From: Alphaproteobacteria bacterium
Lineage (GTDB): Bacteria; Pseudomonadota; Alphaproteobacteria; Micavibrionales; UBA2020
Length of the DNA: 64,000 nucleotides
Assembly (NCBI GenBank): GCA_016794125.1
Contig: JAEUKT010000002.1
Coordinates: 335,240 to 399,239, forward strand
Direction of reading: 5' to 3'
In this document: one piece after another, positions 28,315 through 40,502 of the stretch
Layout of the letters: each line of letters begins with the position of its first letter
Numbering within the stretch: position 1 is the first letter of the stretch
Translations under genes and position numbers: made by a program
Notes under the pieces: model-generated
Told to the model about the DNA's origin: nothing
The model's database searches: none
Seen by the model: the letters and a program-made list of their open reading frames with translations, nothing else

Positions 28315-28356
28315 ATAATAAAAAACGATAAAAGCACACGAAGCGAGGACAAAAAG

Positions 28357-29757
28357 ATGAAGAAGAATCCCCCACAGGCGGAATCCGTTTCGGCCACCGG
28401 TCAGCCCACAACGGGAACACCGGTGCAACTGCCCGCGAACAGCCAGAAAACCACGCTGAAGCCGGCGGCGCGCAACAAACAGGAAAACCTGTTTTCGCGC
28501 AACATCATCGCCGGCATCGATATCGGGTCGTCGAAAATCGTCTGCTTTATCGCCGAAATCAAAAGCCACGGCACGATCGAAGTCATCGGCATCGGCCATC
28601 AGGCATCCAAAGGCGTCAAGGCCGGCACGATCATCGACCTGAAGGCCTGCGAAACAGCTATCGCCCATGCCGTGGAGGCCGCCGAGCTGATGGCGAAATC
28701 GCACCTGCAGGGCCAGCCGATCAAATCCGTTTTCGTGAATGTCGCGGGCCAGCATACCCTTTCCCACCGCCTGCCCGTAAATGTGCGCATTTCCGGCCAT
28801 GAGGTGTCGGAGCGCGACGTGCGCAACGCGCTGGCGCAGAGCCGCAACGTGGCGGTCGCCGGCCGCGATGAATTAATCCACACCATCGCCGCGAACTTTT
28901 CCATCGACAAACAAAAAGGCATCCTGGAGCCCATCGGCATGACCGGCCAGAGCCTTGACGTATCCTTAAGCCCCGTCACCGCGATGACGCCGGTGCTGCG
29001 CAATATCGCAACCGTGATGCATCAAAACCATCTGGAGGTCGAAGGATACTGCGCGTCGTCCTATGCCTCAGGCCTTGCGACCCTTGTCGAAGACGAAAAA
29101 AACCTCGGCTGCACCGTGATCGACATGGGCGGCGGATCGACCAATATCGGCGTGTTTTCCGAAGGAAAACTGGTCTATACCTCGGCGGTCGCACTGGGCG
29201 GCCAGCATGTGACCAACGATATCGCGATCGGCCTGACGACATCGCTTGCCGACGCGGAGCGCATCAAGACGCTGTACGGCGCGGCGCAAACGACGCATAT
29301 GGACGACACCGCCACCATCGATGTGCCGCCCGTCGGCGAGGAAGAACATTCGCAGCCCAATTACGTGCCGAAATCATATCTGTGCGGCATCATCCAGCCG
29401 CGCATCGAGGAAACGTTCGAGCATGTGCGCGCGAAACTGGTCGACCACGGCATCGATAAAATCGCGGGCCGCCGCGTGGTGCTGACCGGCGGCGCGTCGC
29501 AGCTGCCCGGACTTTGCGACATCGCGAAACTTATTTTGGACAAGCAGGTGCGCCTCGGCCGCCCGCAAAAAATCAAGGGACTTGCAGAAGCAACAGGCGG
29601 CCCCGCGTTTTCGGCATGCGCGGGCCTGCTTCATTACGCGGCTGAACACGCGGAAGAAATTCCGCGCGCCCAGCAATCTTACGGCTTTAATCTCTCGATG
29701 GGCTTTTCCGGCAACGTGCTGCAAAAGGTCACGCATTGGTTGAAGGAGAATTGGTAA
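28357..29757 (+). CDS. ftsA: Cell division protein FtsA
   Basis: Actin-like ATPase motifs GIDIGSSKIV, VIDMGGGSTNI and LTGGASQLPG, with a ~50-aa N-terminal extension. Confidence 0.95.
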   Translation: MKKNPPQAESVSATGQPTTGTPVQLPANSQKTTLKPAARNKQENLFSRNIIAGIDIGSSKIVCFIAEIKSHGTIEVIGIGHQASKGVKAGTIIDLKACETAIAHAVEAAELMAKSHLQGQPIKSVFVNVAGQHTLSHRLPVNVRISGHEVSERDVRNALAQSRNVAVAGRDELIHTIAANFSIDKQKGILEPIGMTGQSLDVSLSPVTAMTPVLRNIATVMHQNHLEVEGYCASSYASGLATLVEDEKNLGCTVIDMGGGSTNIGVFSEGKLVYTSAVALGGQHVTNDIAIGLTTSLADAERIKTLYGAAQTTHMDDTATIDVPPVGEEEHSQPNYVPKSYLCGIIQPRIEETFEHVRAKLVDHGIDKIAGRRVVLTGGASQLPGLCDIAKLILDKQVRLGRPQKIKGLAEATGGPAFSACAGLLHYAAEHAEEIPRAQQSYGFNLSMGFSGNVLQKVTHWLKENW

Positions 29758-29928
29758 GCGATTCAACACACAACGTCTTTTGCTTTTCGGCGCTTTCCCG
29801 GATCAGTTTTCGGCTTTTATTCGGGGAAATGAACGGTCAAAAAAAGTGCAACTTCAATGCAATATGACTCTGGAAAGCTTGATTCGACTTAATATAGAAT
29901 CATCAAATCGAAGCGGAGGACAAAAACA

Positions 29929-31716
29929 ATGGCTATCAACATAAGAATGCAAACACAGACCAACAGACTAAAACCGAAGATCACCGTCATCGGTGTCGGC
30001 GGTGCGGGCGGCAACGCCGTCAACAACATGATCAATTCCGGCCTTGAAGGCTGCGAGTTCCTCGTGTGCAACACGGACGCGCAAGCGCTCGAAGGAAATG
30101 AGGCCGCCCACAAAATCCAGCTCGGCGTGAATGTCACGCGCGGCCTGGGCGCCGGCGCAAATCCCGAGATCGGCTGCGCAGCCGCTGAAGAATCCATCGA
30201 CGAAATCCTGGCTTATCTCGAAGGCTCGAACATGGTGTTCGTGACCTGCGGCATGGGCGGCGGCACCGGCACCGGTGCTGCTCCGGTGATTGCGGCTGCG
30301 GCGCGCGAAGCGGGCATCCTGACCATCGGCGTCGTCACCAAGCCCTTCCACTTCGAAGGCACGCATCGCATGAAGCTGGCGGAAAACGGCATTGCGGAGC
30401 TGCAAAAGCATGTGGATACGCTGATCATCATCCCCAACCAGAACCTCTTCCGCATCGCGAACGAGAAAACCACGTTCGCCGACGCGTTCAAGATGGCCGA
30501 CGAAGTCCTGCAATCGGGCGTGCGCGGCGTGACCGACCTGATGGTCATGCCGGGTCTCATCAACCTTGACTTTGCGGACGTCCGCACCGTCATGGCCGAG
30601 ATGGGCAAAGCCATGATGGGCACCGGCACCGGCGAAGGCGAACGCCGCGCGATCGAGGCTGCTGAAGCCGCGATCTCGAACCCGCTGCTGGACGATGTGT
30701 CGATGAAAGGCGCGCGCGGCGTGCTGATCAACGTCATCGGCGGCCTCGACATGACGCTGTTCGAAGTTGATGAAGCCATCAACCGCGTGCGTGACGAAGT
30801 CGATGCAGATGCCAACATCATCTTCGGCTCTACGTTCGATCAAACCATGTCCGGCAAGATGCGCGTGTCGGTCGTTGCAACCGGCATTGAAGCCGCTGCC
30901 AACGTCCAGGCGCGCCCCCTGCACCTCGCGGGTTCCAACGTGGAACCGGCGCGTCGCGGCGGCCTGCCCCAGACAAAACCCGCTGCAGCCACGACCGGCT
31001 ACACCGCCTACAGCCAGCCGGCGCGTTCGCCCGCTGTGCGCGAAGGCGCGGTATCCGGCGGTTATGCCGGCGCCGTTCCTGCATCGATCCTGCCCCAGGT
31101 GGCGGCTTCCCGCCCCATGGTTCAGGCATCGGCAGTAACTCAGCCCGCAACCGCACAACGCGCCGGCACCCCTGCCACCGCAGGTGAAGGCTGGGAGCGT
31201 TCGGCTGAGGCAGAAACCGCACCGCAAACCGGCCATGCCGCCGCAACATCTTACGCACCCGCCACCGCTACGGCGACCGCGCGCAAGCTGAACGATGACA
31301 TGGAAGACCTGTCCTACACGACCAAGCCCGCAACGCCCGCCGTCACGCAGAACTATCCGCAGCGTGAAGTGGTGGCGCAGCGCCCTGCAGCACCGCAGCC
31401 GCAGGCGAAGCGCGTCGGCGGCAGCTTTATCCCGCCCAAGCCGCTTGATCCCCGCCAGCCTTCGGGCACCGGCGCGGACCTGTTCGGCGGCGAGACGCTG
31501 TCGGCACCCAAAGTTGACACCACGGAAAAGCAGCAGAAGAAGTCTCCTTCGCTGTTTGAACGCTTCACGCTGCAGCGGAAGGAGGAAGTTGTTACGGCTC
31601 CCGCCCCCGCGGCATCGCGTGCGATCGAAGGCACAAACCTGACGGTCGAAACGGGCGGCAAGCAGGACGAAGACGAGCTGGACATCCCCGCCTTCCTGAG
31701 ACGGCAGGCGAACTGA
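29929..31716 (+). CDS. ftsZ: Cell division protein FtsZ
   Basis: Tubulin signature [17 protein letters not shown], a long disordered linker and a conserved C-terminal peptide [11 protein letters not shown]. Confidence 0.98.
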   Translation: MAINIRMQTQTNRLKPKITVIGVGGAGGNAVNNMINSGLEGCEFLVCNTDAQALEGNEAAHKIQLGVNVTRGLGAGANPEIGCAAAEESIDEILAYLEGSNMVFVTCGMGGGTGTGAAPVIAAAAREAGILTIGVVTKPFHFEGTHRMKLAENGIAELQKHVDTLIIIPNQNLFRIANEKTTFADAFKMADEVLQSGVRGVTDLMVMPGLINLDFADVRTVMAEMGKAMMGTGTGEGERRAIEAAEAAISNPLLDDVSMKGARGVLINVIGGLDMTLFEVDEAINRVRDEVDADANIIFGSTFDQTMSGKMRVSVVATGIEAAANVQARPLHLAGSNVEPARRGGLPQTKPAAATTGYTAYSQPARSPAVREGAVSGGYAGAVPASILPQVAASRPMVQASAVTQPATAQRAGTPATAGEGWERSAEAETAPQTGHAAATSYAPATATATARKLNDDMEDLSYTTKPATPAVTQNYPQREVVAQRPAAPQPQAKRVGGSFIPPKPLDPRQPSGTGADLFGGETLSAPKVDTTEKQQKKSPSLFERFTLQRKEEVVTAPAPAASRAIEGTNLTVETGGKQDEDELDIPAFLRRQAN

Positions 31717-31742
31717 TCCGACGCTTAAAGACTCCGCTAAAG

Positions 31743-31773
31743 AAAACCCCCGGGAGCGATCCCGGGGGTTTTT
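31743..31773. terminator. Bidirectional rho-independent terminator
   Basis: AAAACCCCCGGGAGCGATCCCGGGGGTTTTT between convergent ftsZ (+) and ORF 31800..32153 (-). Confidence 0.75.
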
Positions 31774-31799
31774 CGTTGGATATCAAACGGCAGCGGCGC

Positions 31800-32153
31800 T
31801 TAGTTCGTCGGGCCTTTTTTCAGCAGGCCGTCGAATGGGGTCACCACGCGCACGCCGGTGATGTCGCGGGTATAGCCGGCAGGCCAGGGCTGGATATGCG
31901 CGCCCTGCAGGTTGAAGTCATAGGTCAGGCCCTTCACGATGGGCGTGCCGTCCACGTTTTTATAGGTGTTGAAAGTGCCGGCGGTGGTATGCACTTCGGT
32001 ATGTTCGCTGGGGCGGCCTTTATCGACCTCGACAATACCTGTCACTTTGGCGCGCACGGTTTCCTGTTCGTTTTTGACTTCGTGATAAATGCCGGGACCG
32101 GCCATGCCGCCCCAGACAAGTGCCGCGCCGAGAAATACGCTGGATAATTTCAT
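31800..32153 (-). CDS. Small hypothetical secreted protein
   Basis: 117-aa ORF with an N-terminal signal-like segment MKLSSVFLGAALVWGGMAGPG. No recognised motif. Ends ...LLKKGPTN. Confidence 0.5.
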   Translation of the reverse strand: MKLSSVFLGAALVWGGMAGPGIYHEVKNEQETVRAKVTGIVEVDKGRPSEHTEVHTTAGTFNTYKNVDGTPIVKGLTYDFNLQGAHIQPWPAGYTRDITGVRVVTPFDGLLKKGPTN

Positions 32154-32243
32154 CTTGCTCTCCGTTATGATTATGGCAAAAAAACTGGTGTTGTGTTCTG
32201 CCGTCCTTATGCCCCAGATTCGCGTTCTATATCAAGCGGTTAA

Positions 32244-32266
32244 TTTTGTAACACTCTGTTACAAAA
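32244..32266. promoter_or_regulatory. Perfect 23-bp palindrome, candidate operator
   Basis: TTTTGTAACA-CTC-TGTTACAAAA (10-bp arms, 3-bp spacer) in the divergent intergenic region between ORF 31800..32153 (-) and lpxC (+). Confidence 0.4.
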
Positions 32267-32352
32267 GGTGACTTCTGATGCATCGCCGCATTTGATACCA
32301 AGGTAGCAGGAAATCTTTCCTAACAGCTTCATCAACAACGGTTTTTCACACA

Positions 32353-33300
32353 ATGTTGACCTCGGTTTACCAGCACACGATCCTGAATGCCTTCACCGTT
32401 ACCGGCGTGGGTGTCCATTCCGGCGCGACCGCGAACATGACCGTGAAACCCGCCGACGCATCGGCCGGCATCACATTCATCCGCACCGATGTGACCGACA
32501 AAAACAACGTGATCCCCGCCCGCTGGAACGCGGTTGTCGATACGAAACTTTGCACCGTGCTGGCGAACAAGGCCGGCGTGACGGTTTCGACCATCGAACA
32601 CCTGATGTCGGCCTTTGCGGCGCTGGGCATCGACAATGCGACCGTCGAAATCGACGGCCCCGAAATTCCGATCATGGACGGCAGCGCCGTTCAATTCGTG
32701 CAGGCGATCGACAAGGCAGGCCTGCTGCGCCAGCAGGCGCGCCGCCACGTGCTGCGCGTGCTGAAAACCGTGTCGTATCAGGAAGGCGAAAAGGAAGTGT
32801 TCCTGTCGCCCGCCGACGGCCAGTTCTTCGGCTTTGAAATCTCGTTCGACAACGCCCTGATCGGCCGCCAGAAATACACCCATGCGCTGAAAGAAGAAGC
32901 CTATCGCGGCGATATCGCGGCGGCGCGCACTTTCGGCTTCCTGCATGAAGTCGAGGCGTTGCGTAAAATGGGTCTTGCCCGCGGCGGCTCGCTGGATAAC
33001 GCCATCGTCATCGACGGCGACAAGGTGCTGAACGAAGGCGGTTTGCGCTTTAAAAACGAATTCGTGCGCCACAAGATCCTGGATGCCATCGGCGATATCT
33101 ACCTGATGGGCGTGCAGCTGATCGGCCATTATCACGGCGTCAAGGCCGGCCATGCCATGAACAACAAGATCCTGCATGTGCTGTTCTCCCAGCCCGACGC
33201 CTTTGAAATCGTCGAACTGGGTGCCGAAGCCCCCCGTACCGCCATCCCCGCCGCCCCGGTCTATGCCGAGACCGAACGCCCCGTGGCGGTCGTTGCGTAA
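32353..33300 (+). CDS. lpxC: UDP-3-O-acyl-N-acetylglucosamine deacetylase
   Basis: TIEHLMSA, FVRHKILDAIGD and GHAMN motifs. Conserved position after ftsZ. Confidence 0.95.
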   Translation: MLTSVYQHTILNAFTVTGVGVHSGATANMTVKPADASAGITFIRTDVTDKNNVIPARWNAVVDTKLCTVLANKAGVTVSTIEHLMSAFAALGIDNATVEIDGPEIPIMDGSAVQFVQAIDKAGLLRQQARRHVLRVLKTVSYQEGEKEVFLSPADGQFFGFEISFDNALIGRQKYTHALKEEAYRGDIAAARTFGFLHEVEALRKMGLARGGSLDNAIVIDGDKVLNEGGLRFKNEFVRHKILDAIGDIYLMGVQLIGHYHGVKAGHAMNNKILHVLFSQPDAFEIVELGAEAPRTAIPAAPVYAETERPVAVVA

Positions 33301-33369
33301 GGCTGTTAAGGCCGGTTTTCAGGCGTTTTCCCGCTTTTAATGGGCTTTGAAAGCATGGTATAAAAAGCC

Positions 33370-34227
33370 ATGACCAAGCGTTTCACATTTGTTCCTGCCG
33401 TTTCGACCACCGCCCGCGCGGCAGCGGTTGCCTGCCTGCTGTCGGCGATCACGCTGACCGGCTGCACCAGCAAGGAAGAGCGCGCCGCCGCCGAGCTTGC
33501 CAAAGAAGAGCAAGTGCCGGTCGAGATCCTGTACAACAAGGCACGCGAAACATTGGAGGCCGGCGACTACATGAAGGCCGCGCTGCGTTTCGACGACGTG
33601 GATCGCCAATACCCCTATTCGCAATGGGCGACGCGCGCGCAGCTGATGTCGGGCTATGCGCAATACCGCAACCTGAAATACACCGAAGCCGTGCTGGCGC
33701 TCGACCGCTTTATCGAGTTGCATCCGGGTGACACAAACGCCGCCTATGCCTATTACCTGCGCGCGCTGTGCTATTACGAACAGATTTCCGATGTGCGCCG
33801 CGACCAGCGCATGACGCAGCTGGCGCTCGACAACCTGAAACAGGTGGTGGAGCGTTTCCCCGACAGCAAATACGCGCGCGACGCGGCGTTGAAAATCGAC
33901 CTGACGCAGGATCACCTTGCCGGCAAGGAAATGGAAATCGGCCGCTATTATCTGGAGCGCCGCCAGTACCATGCCGCCATCCCGCGTTTCCAGCGCGTGC
34001 TGGACAATTACCAGACCACGACCCATGTGCCCGAAGCGCTGCACCGCATGACGGAGGCGTATCTGTCGCTGGGCCTCAAGGACGAGGCGCAGAAAACCGC
34101 CGCCATCCTCGGCCACAACTATCCGCAGAGCAGCTGGTACAAGGACAGCTTCCGGCTGTTCAACAAGGAATATAAAGAAGGCGTGGAGCCTTCTCTTTAC
34201 GACCGCACCATCGGGAAAATTTTCTAG
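33370..34227 (+). CDS. bamD: Outer membrane protein assembly factor BamD (TPR lipoprotein)
   Basis: Lipobox LTGCTS, a TPR-like repeat region, and the RYYLERRQYHAAIPRFQRVLDNY segment typical of BamD/YfiO. Confidence 0.85.
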   Translation: MTKRFTFVPAVSTTARAAAVACLLSAITLTGCTSKEERAAAELAKEEQVPVEILYNKARETLEAGDYMKAALRFDDVDRQYPYSQWATRAQLMSGYAQYRNLKYTEAVLALDRFIELHPGDTNAAYAYYLRALCYYEQISDVRRDQRMTQLALDNLKQVVERFPDSKYARDAALKIDLTQDHLAGKEMEIGRYYLERRQYHAAIPRFQRVLDNYQTTTHVPEALHRMTEAYLSLGLKDEAQKTAAILGHNYPQSSWYKDSFRLFNKEYKEGVEPSLYDRTIGKIF

Positions 34228-34240
34228 GAAGGCGCAAGGC

Positions 34241-35923
34241 ATGCTGACAAGCCTGACCATCCAGAACATCGTGCTGATCGACCGCCTGCAGCTGGAGGCC
34301 GGCGACGGGTTGCTGGCGCTGACCGGCGAAACGGGCGCGGGAAAATCCATCCTTCTCGACGCGCTGGGGCTTGCGCTGGGCGCGCGCGCCGATAGCGGGC
34401 TTGTGCGCCACGGCGAGGATCAGGCGGCGGCCACCGCCTGCTTCGACATTCCCGCCAAACACCCCGTCAACGCGCTGCTGCGTGAAAAGGAAATCGCCGT
34501 ATCCGACCAGTTGATCCTGCGCCGCACGCTGGGCCGCGACGGGCGCAGCAAGGCATTCATCAACGACGCGCCCGTCGGCGTGCAGCTGCTGAAGGATGTG
34601 GGCGCGCTGCTAGTCGAGGTGCATGGGCAGTTTGAAACGCACGGGCTGCTCGACCCCGCAACGCATCTGGGTGTGCTGGATGTCTATGCCGGCATCGACG
34701 CATCGCCCATCCGGAGCGCATGGAAAACATGGCGGCAGGCGAAGGAACGCTTCGACCGCGCGATGTCGGATATCGAATCCGCGCGCATGCAGGAAGATTA
34801 TTTGCGCTATACGGTGGCGGAGCTGGAAAAGCTGGACCCGCAGCCGGGCGAAGACGCCGTGCTGTCGGAAAAACGCCAATTGCTGATGAACCGCGAAAAA
34901 ATGTCGGGCGCGTTCGGTCAGGCGACCAATATCATCGAAAGCGAAAACGGGCTGCAGGGCCAGATGGGCAAGCTGCAGGCCGTACTGGAACGCCTCAGCG
35001 ACAAAGACCCGCAGGTGAAGCCGCTGGTGGAGGCGCTGGGCCGCGCGCAGGCGGAAATTTCCGATATCGGCTGGCAGGTTGAGAAAATAAAATCCGCCGG
35101 AGAGCGCAGCACGGAGCGGCTGGAGGATATCGAGGAGCGTTATTTCGCGCTGAAGGAAATCGCCAAGAAACACCGCACGACCGTCGATGGCTTGGCCGCG
35201 ATTTACGAAGACCTGTCGCAAAAACTGCGCCTGATCACCAATCAGGAAGAAGCGCTGGCGGAAATGCAAAAGGCGACCGCCGCAGCGCGCACCGTTTATA
35301 TGGCAGAAGCCGAAAAGGCGACCGCAAAACGCCAGAAGGCCGCCGCGAAACTTGCGAAATCGGTGAATGCCGAACTGCCCGACCTGAAACTCGACAAGGC
35401 GAAAATCACCGTTGTCTGCGACAAGGCGGCGGATGAGGTCAACTGGTCGCCCGAAGGTTTCGACCATGTGCAATTCATGATTTCCACCAACCCCAACACG
35501 CCCCCGGGCGCGCTGCATAAAGTCGCATCGGGCGGGGAGCTGAGCCGCTTTATGCTGGCGCTGAAAGTTATTCTGGCCGAAACCAGCAGCATCCCGACCC
35601 TGATTTTCGACGAGGTCGATGCAGGCATCGGCGGCGCGACGGCGGATGCGGTGGGCGAGCGCCTGCAACGCCTTGCCAAGGATTATCAGGTTTTGGTTGT
35701 CACCCACAGCCCGCAGGTGGCCGCACGCGCCGCCAACCATTGGCATGTCGCGAAGTCGGAGAAAAAAGGCACCGTCACCACACGCATTTTGCCGCTGGTC
35801 GCCGTAAACGAACGTCAGGAAGAAATCGCCCGCATGCTGTCCGGCGCCGAAATTACCAAGGAAGCCCGCGCGCAAGCGGCCAAGCTGTTGGAAAACCACC
35901 CGCGCCGCGCGGCAAACGCGTAA
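34241..35923 (+). CDS. recN: DNA repair protein RecN
   Basis: Walker A GETGAGKS, a long coiled-coil, signature ASGGELSRFMLALK and Walker B LIFDEVDAGIGG. Confidence 0.95.
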   Translation: MLTSLTIQNIVLIDRLQLEAGDGLLALTGETGAGKSILLDALGLALGARADSGLVRHGEDQAAATACFDIPAKHPVNALLREKEIAVSDQLILRRTLGRDGRSKAFINDAPVGVQLLKDVGALLVEVHGQFETHGLLDPATHLGVLDVYAGIDASPIRSAWKTWRQAKERFDRAMSDIESARMQEDYLRYTVAELEKLDPQPGEDAVLSEKRQLLMNREKMSGAFGQATNIIESENGLQGQMGKLQAVLERLSDKDPQVKPLVEALGRAQAEISDIGWQVEKIKSAGERSTERLEDIEERYFALKEIAKKHRTTVDGLAAIYEDLSQKLRLITNQEEALAEMQKATAAARTVYMAEAEKATAKRQKAAAKLAKSVNAELPDLKLDKAKITVVCDKAADEVNWSPEGFDHVQFMISTNPNTPPGALHKVASGGELSRFMLALKVILAETSSIPTLIFDEVDAGIGGATADAVGERLQRLAKDYQVLVVTHSPQVAARAANHWHVAKSEKKGTVTTRILPLVAVNERQEEIARMLSGAEITKEARAQAAKLLENHPRRAANA

Positions 35924-38002
<2,079 letters not shown>

Positions 38003-38032
38003 CCCCGGCCTGCGCCGGAGTTACAGATGAAT

Positions 38033-38281
38033 TTACTTCTGCAACTTGCCCTTCGCCGCTTTCTTCAGAAGGATCAAGTCATCCAGCGCCTTGTTCACAT
38101 CGTCCGACATTTCGCGGCGTTCCAGGAAATCGCGGCCGCCGGCGTTGCGGGTCAGGGACATTTCCAGCGCGCGGGACAGGATATCGGCGATCGCGACATC
38201 TTTCTGGTCGAGCGCAAGGCGCATCGCCTGCGTCACGAGGTCGCTGAGGCGTTGATACTGTTTTTTATTGGCTTCGGGCAT
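38033..38281 (-). CDS. Small hypothetical protein
   Basis: 82-aa ORF, helical and charged, no recognised motif. Ends ...KKAAKGKLQK. It fits the 330-nt gap between ligA and the hydrolase gene, unlike the overlapping plus-strand ORFs. Confidence 0.45.
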   Translation of the reverse strand: MPEANKKQYQRLSDLVTQAMRLALDQKDVAIADILSRALEMSLTRNAGGRDFLERREMSDDVNKALDDLILLKKAAKGKLQK

Positions 38282-38335
38282 TGTTTCACACTCTCGGTCG
38301 TTTTTTAATCGTTCTTATATCCCGCTTCAGCAGGC

Positions 38336-39349
38336 TTACATGCCGGGGGGGCGCGGCGTGCTGGGCGGGTTAGGCTTTTTTGGCGCGGGCGGCGCAAGGC
38401 TGAGCGCCACGCGGTCGTTCAGGAAACCATCGACTTCCTTCAGCCACTGGTCGCGCAGCTCGTCGCGCTCCATCCAAATTTCGTGCTTTGCGTCGGCAAT
38501 TTCAACCTTTTTCGCATGCGGCAGCAGCGTTAATGCGCGGTCCTGCGCGGCGCGGTCGACAATTTTTTCCTGGCCTGCGATCTCCATCAGGATCGGCGTT
38601 TTGATGGCTTTCAGGTAATCTTCGTCGTTCAGAACGTCGATAGATGAAAAGGTGTGATAGACCCAGCCATAGGTCGCATCGCCGATTTTCAGCGCGTCGT
38701 TGTTCTTGACGATTTCCTGATCGGCGGCGAAGCGCATGGGGTCGCTGGTTTTATTATTGCCCTTAAACGGTTCTTCCGACCAGTCGGCACCGCCGGGGAT
38801 GTATTTTTCAAGGTAGTTGCCGGCCTTGGCGAATTTCGCCATCTGGCGCGCCAGTTTTTTCGGCATCCCGTTCGTGACGATATCGATCATGGGCGAGGTG
38901 AGGATGGCGGAATCAAATACGCCGTCATGTTCGTTCAGGTAACGCAGGCCGATATGCGCGCCCATCGAATGGCCCATATAGATCAGCGGTTTTTTCGCGG
39001 CGGGTTCGACGACGGTGGTCACGAACTGGTGCAGCGTTGCGATCTGTTCGTCGTAGCCTTCCTGATGCGCCTTCTGGCTGCCCTTGATGAATTTTTCCGA
39101 CCCGCCCTGCCCGCGCCAGTCCAGCATATAAACGTCAAAGCCGCGCGCATTCAGATCGTGCATGACTTCGTAATATTTCTCGATATTCTCGCGGAAGCCG
39201 CTGCCGATGACGATGCTGCCTTTCGACACGCCGTCGGCCTTCGACACGCCATAGCGGATATCCGCACCCTTGGCATTCTTGAAATGCCCTTCGGTGAAAT
39301 TCGGCGGCTGGTTGAATTTTGCTGGCAACATACCCTTAAGGTCCCCCAT
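38336..39349 (-). CDS. Alpha/beta hydrolase, lysophospholipase (PldB/monoacylglycerol lipase)-like
   Basis: DWRGQGGSEK oxyanion region and nucleophile elbow GHSMGA. C-terminal acid/His region (IADAKHEIWMERD). Pro/Lys tail ...LAPPAPKKPNPPSTPRPPGM. Confidence 0.8.
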   Translation of the reverse strand: MGDLKGMLPAKFNQPPNFTEGHFKNAKGADIRYGVSKADGVSKGSIVIGSGFRENIEKYYEVMHDLNARGFDVYMLDWRGQGGSEKFIKGSQKAHQEGYDEQIATLHQFVTTVVEPAAKKPLIYMGHSMGAHIGLRYLNEHDGVFDSAILTSPMIDIVTNGMPKKLARQMAKFAKAGNYLEKYIPGGADWSEEPFKGNNKTSDPMRFAADQEIVKNNDALKIGDATYGWVYHTFSSIDVLNDEDYLKAIKTPILMEIAGQEKIVDRAAQDRALTLLPHAKKVEIADAKHEIWMERDELRDQWLKEVDGFLNDRVALSLAPPAPKKPNPPSTPRPPGM

Positions 39350-40319
39350 GTTGCGGCGGCGCTGCTTTGGGCGGCACCGGTTTCAGTTTTATCTGGTCTG
39401 CGATAAATCCGTCGATTTCTTTCCACCATGCGCGGCGCTGCGTGTCGCGGTCGATCCACAGCGCGTGCAGGCCGCCGTCGATTTCTACCGTTTTCGCGTT
39501 CGGCACCAAACGTCCGGCGCGGCGCACGGATTCGTTGTCGATCACGTCATCCGCCCCGCCGATGCCGAACAGCACGGGCGTTTTGATGGAGCGCAGGAAA
39601 TTTTCGCCCGATGTTTTCTCGGTCGATTTGAACAGGCTGTCCACGTAGCCGATTGTCGGGTCTTCGGCCTTTAATTTGTCGTTCAGCAGCATGAAGGATT
39701 TGTGCAGGCCCATGCGCACGGGGTTTTTTTCGCGCATATCCTTGCGCTCTGCCGTCAACTGGCGGGTCATCGCGCGGCGGCCGTCCTTGATGCGCTGGTT
39801 GGCAAGGCCGCCTTCGACCGCAGCCGCGAAGGCCTGCTTCATCAGGTCTTTCGCCGTGCCCATCGGGCGCATTTCAACGAGCGGCGTTGCGAGGACCGCA
39901 AAATTGAAATCGGATTGATGCTGTTCAAGATATCGCAACGCCACCTGCCCGCCCATGCTATGTGTGCTGAGGAACAGCGGCTGCGATTTGTCGAACTGCA
40001 CGATTTCCTGCCGGAATTTGCGCAGGTCTTCGATATGGTCTTCGACCGTCTGGCCTTTTTTCGACGGCGGCGAATTTTTTTCGGAGCCGCCATGCCCCGC
40101 CCAGTCCATCATCCAGACGGCGTAACCGCGATCGAGATATTCGTGGATGGTTTCGTGATAGGCTTCGCGGAAATCGGCATAACCGGTCGTGATGACGACG
40201 GTGCCTTTTTTCTCCCCCGCCGGTTCGGCATGGCCATAGCGGATCTTTTTACCAGTAGTGCTGGTAAACGTATCCTCCTGCCATCCATCCGGTTCGAAAA
40301 ACCGGTTTAAATTCGCCAT
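39336..40319 (-). CDS. Alpha/beta hydrolase, lysophospholipase-like (tandem paralog)
   Basis: DWAGHGGSEK, THSMGG, DGGLHALWIDRD; tail ...KLKPVPPKAAPPQHGGP-stop. ATG at 40319 preferred over the TTG at 40334. The 3' end overlaps the start of the downstream paralog by 14 nt. Confidence 0.8.
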   Translation of the reverse strand: MANLNRFFEPDGWQEDTFTSTTGKKIRYGHAEPAGEKKGTVVITTGYADFREAYHETIHEYLDRGYAVWMMDWAGHGGSEKNSPPSKKGQTVEDHIEDLRKFRQEIVQFDKSQPLFLSTHSMGGQVALRYLEQHQSDFNFAVLATPLVEMRPMGTAKDLMKQAFAAAVEGGLANQRIKDGRRAMTRQLTAERKDMREKNPVRMGLHKSFMLLNDKLKAEDPTIGYVDSLFKSTEKTSGENFLRSIKTPVLFGIGGADDVIDNESVRRAGRLVPNAKTVEIDGGLHALWIDRDTQRRAWWKEIDGFIADQIKLKPVPPKAAPPQHGGP

Positions 40320-40502
40320 AGGGGGCTCTTTCAATTGCGCGGAAGCAGAGTTGAGTATACTTGGAAATAAACTTATTTCCAGACGCTACTTTATTCAAAA
40401 AAGTTGCGCCCATCAGGAACTTAGCGAAATTTTCGCGCGATTCAAAATGCTGCGACGCAGCGTTATTTCACGCTGAACATAAAGCAGAAATTTTGGCGGC
40501 AA

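Noticed and set aside
30900-31716. Very long disordered C-terminal linker of FtsZ (595 aa total)
   Set aside because: Long Pro/Ala-rich linkers before the conserved DIPAFLRRQ peptide are normal for alphaproteobacterial FtsZ.
40443-40463. GCTGCG-A-CGCAGC mini-palindrome followed by a T-run on the minus strand, as a pntB terminator
   Set aside because: The stem is only 6 bp with an effectively zero-length loop. It is too weak to call from sequence alone.
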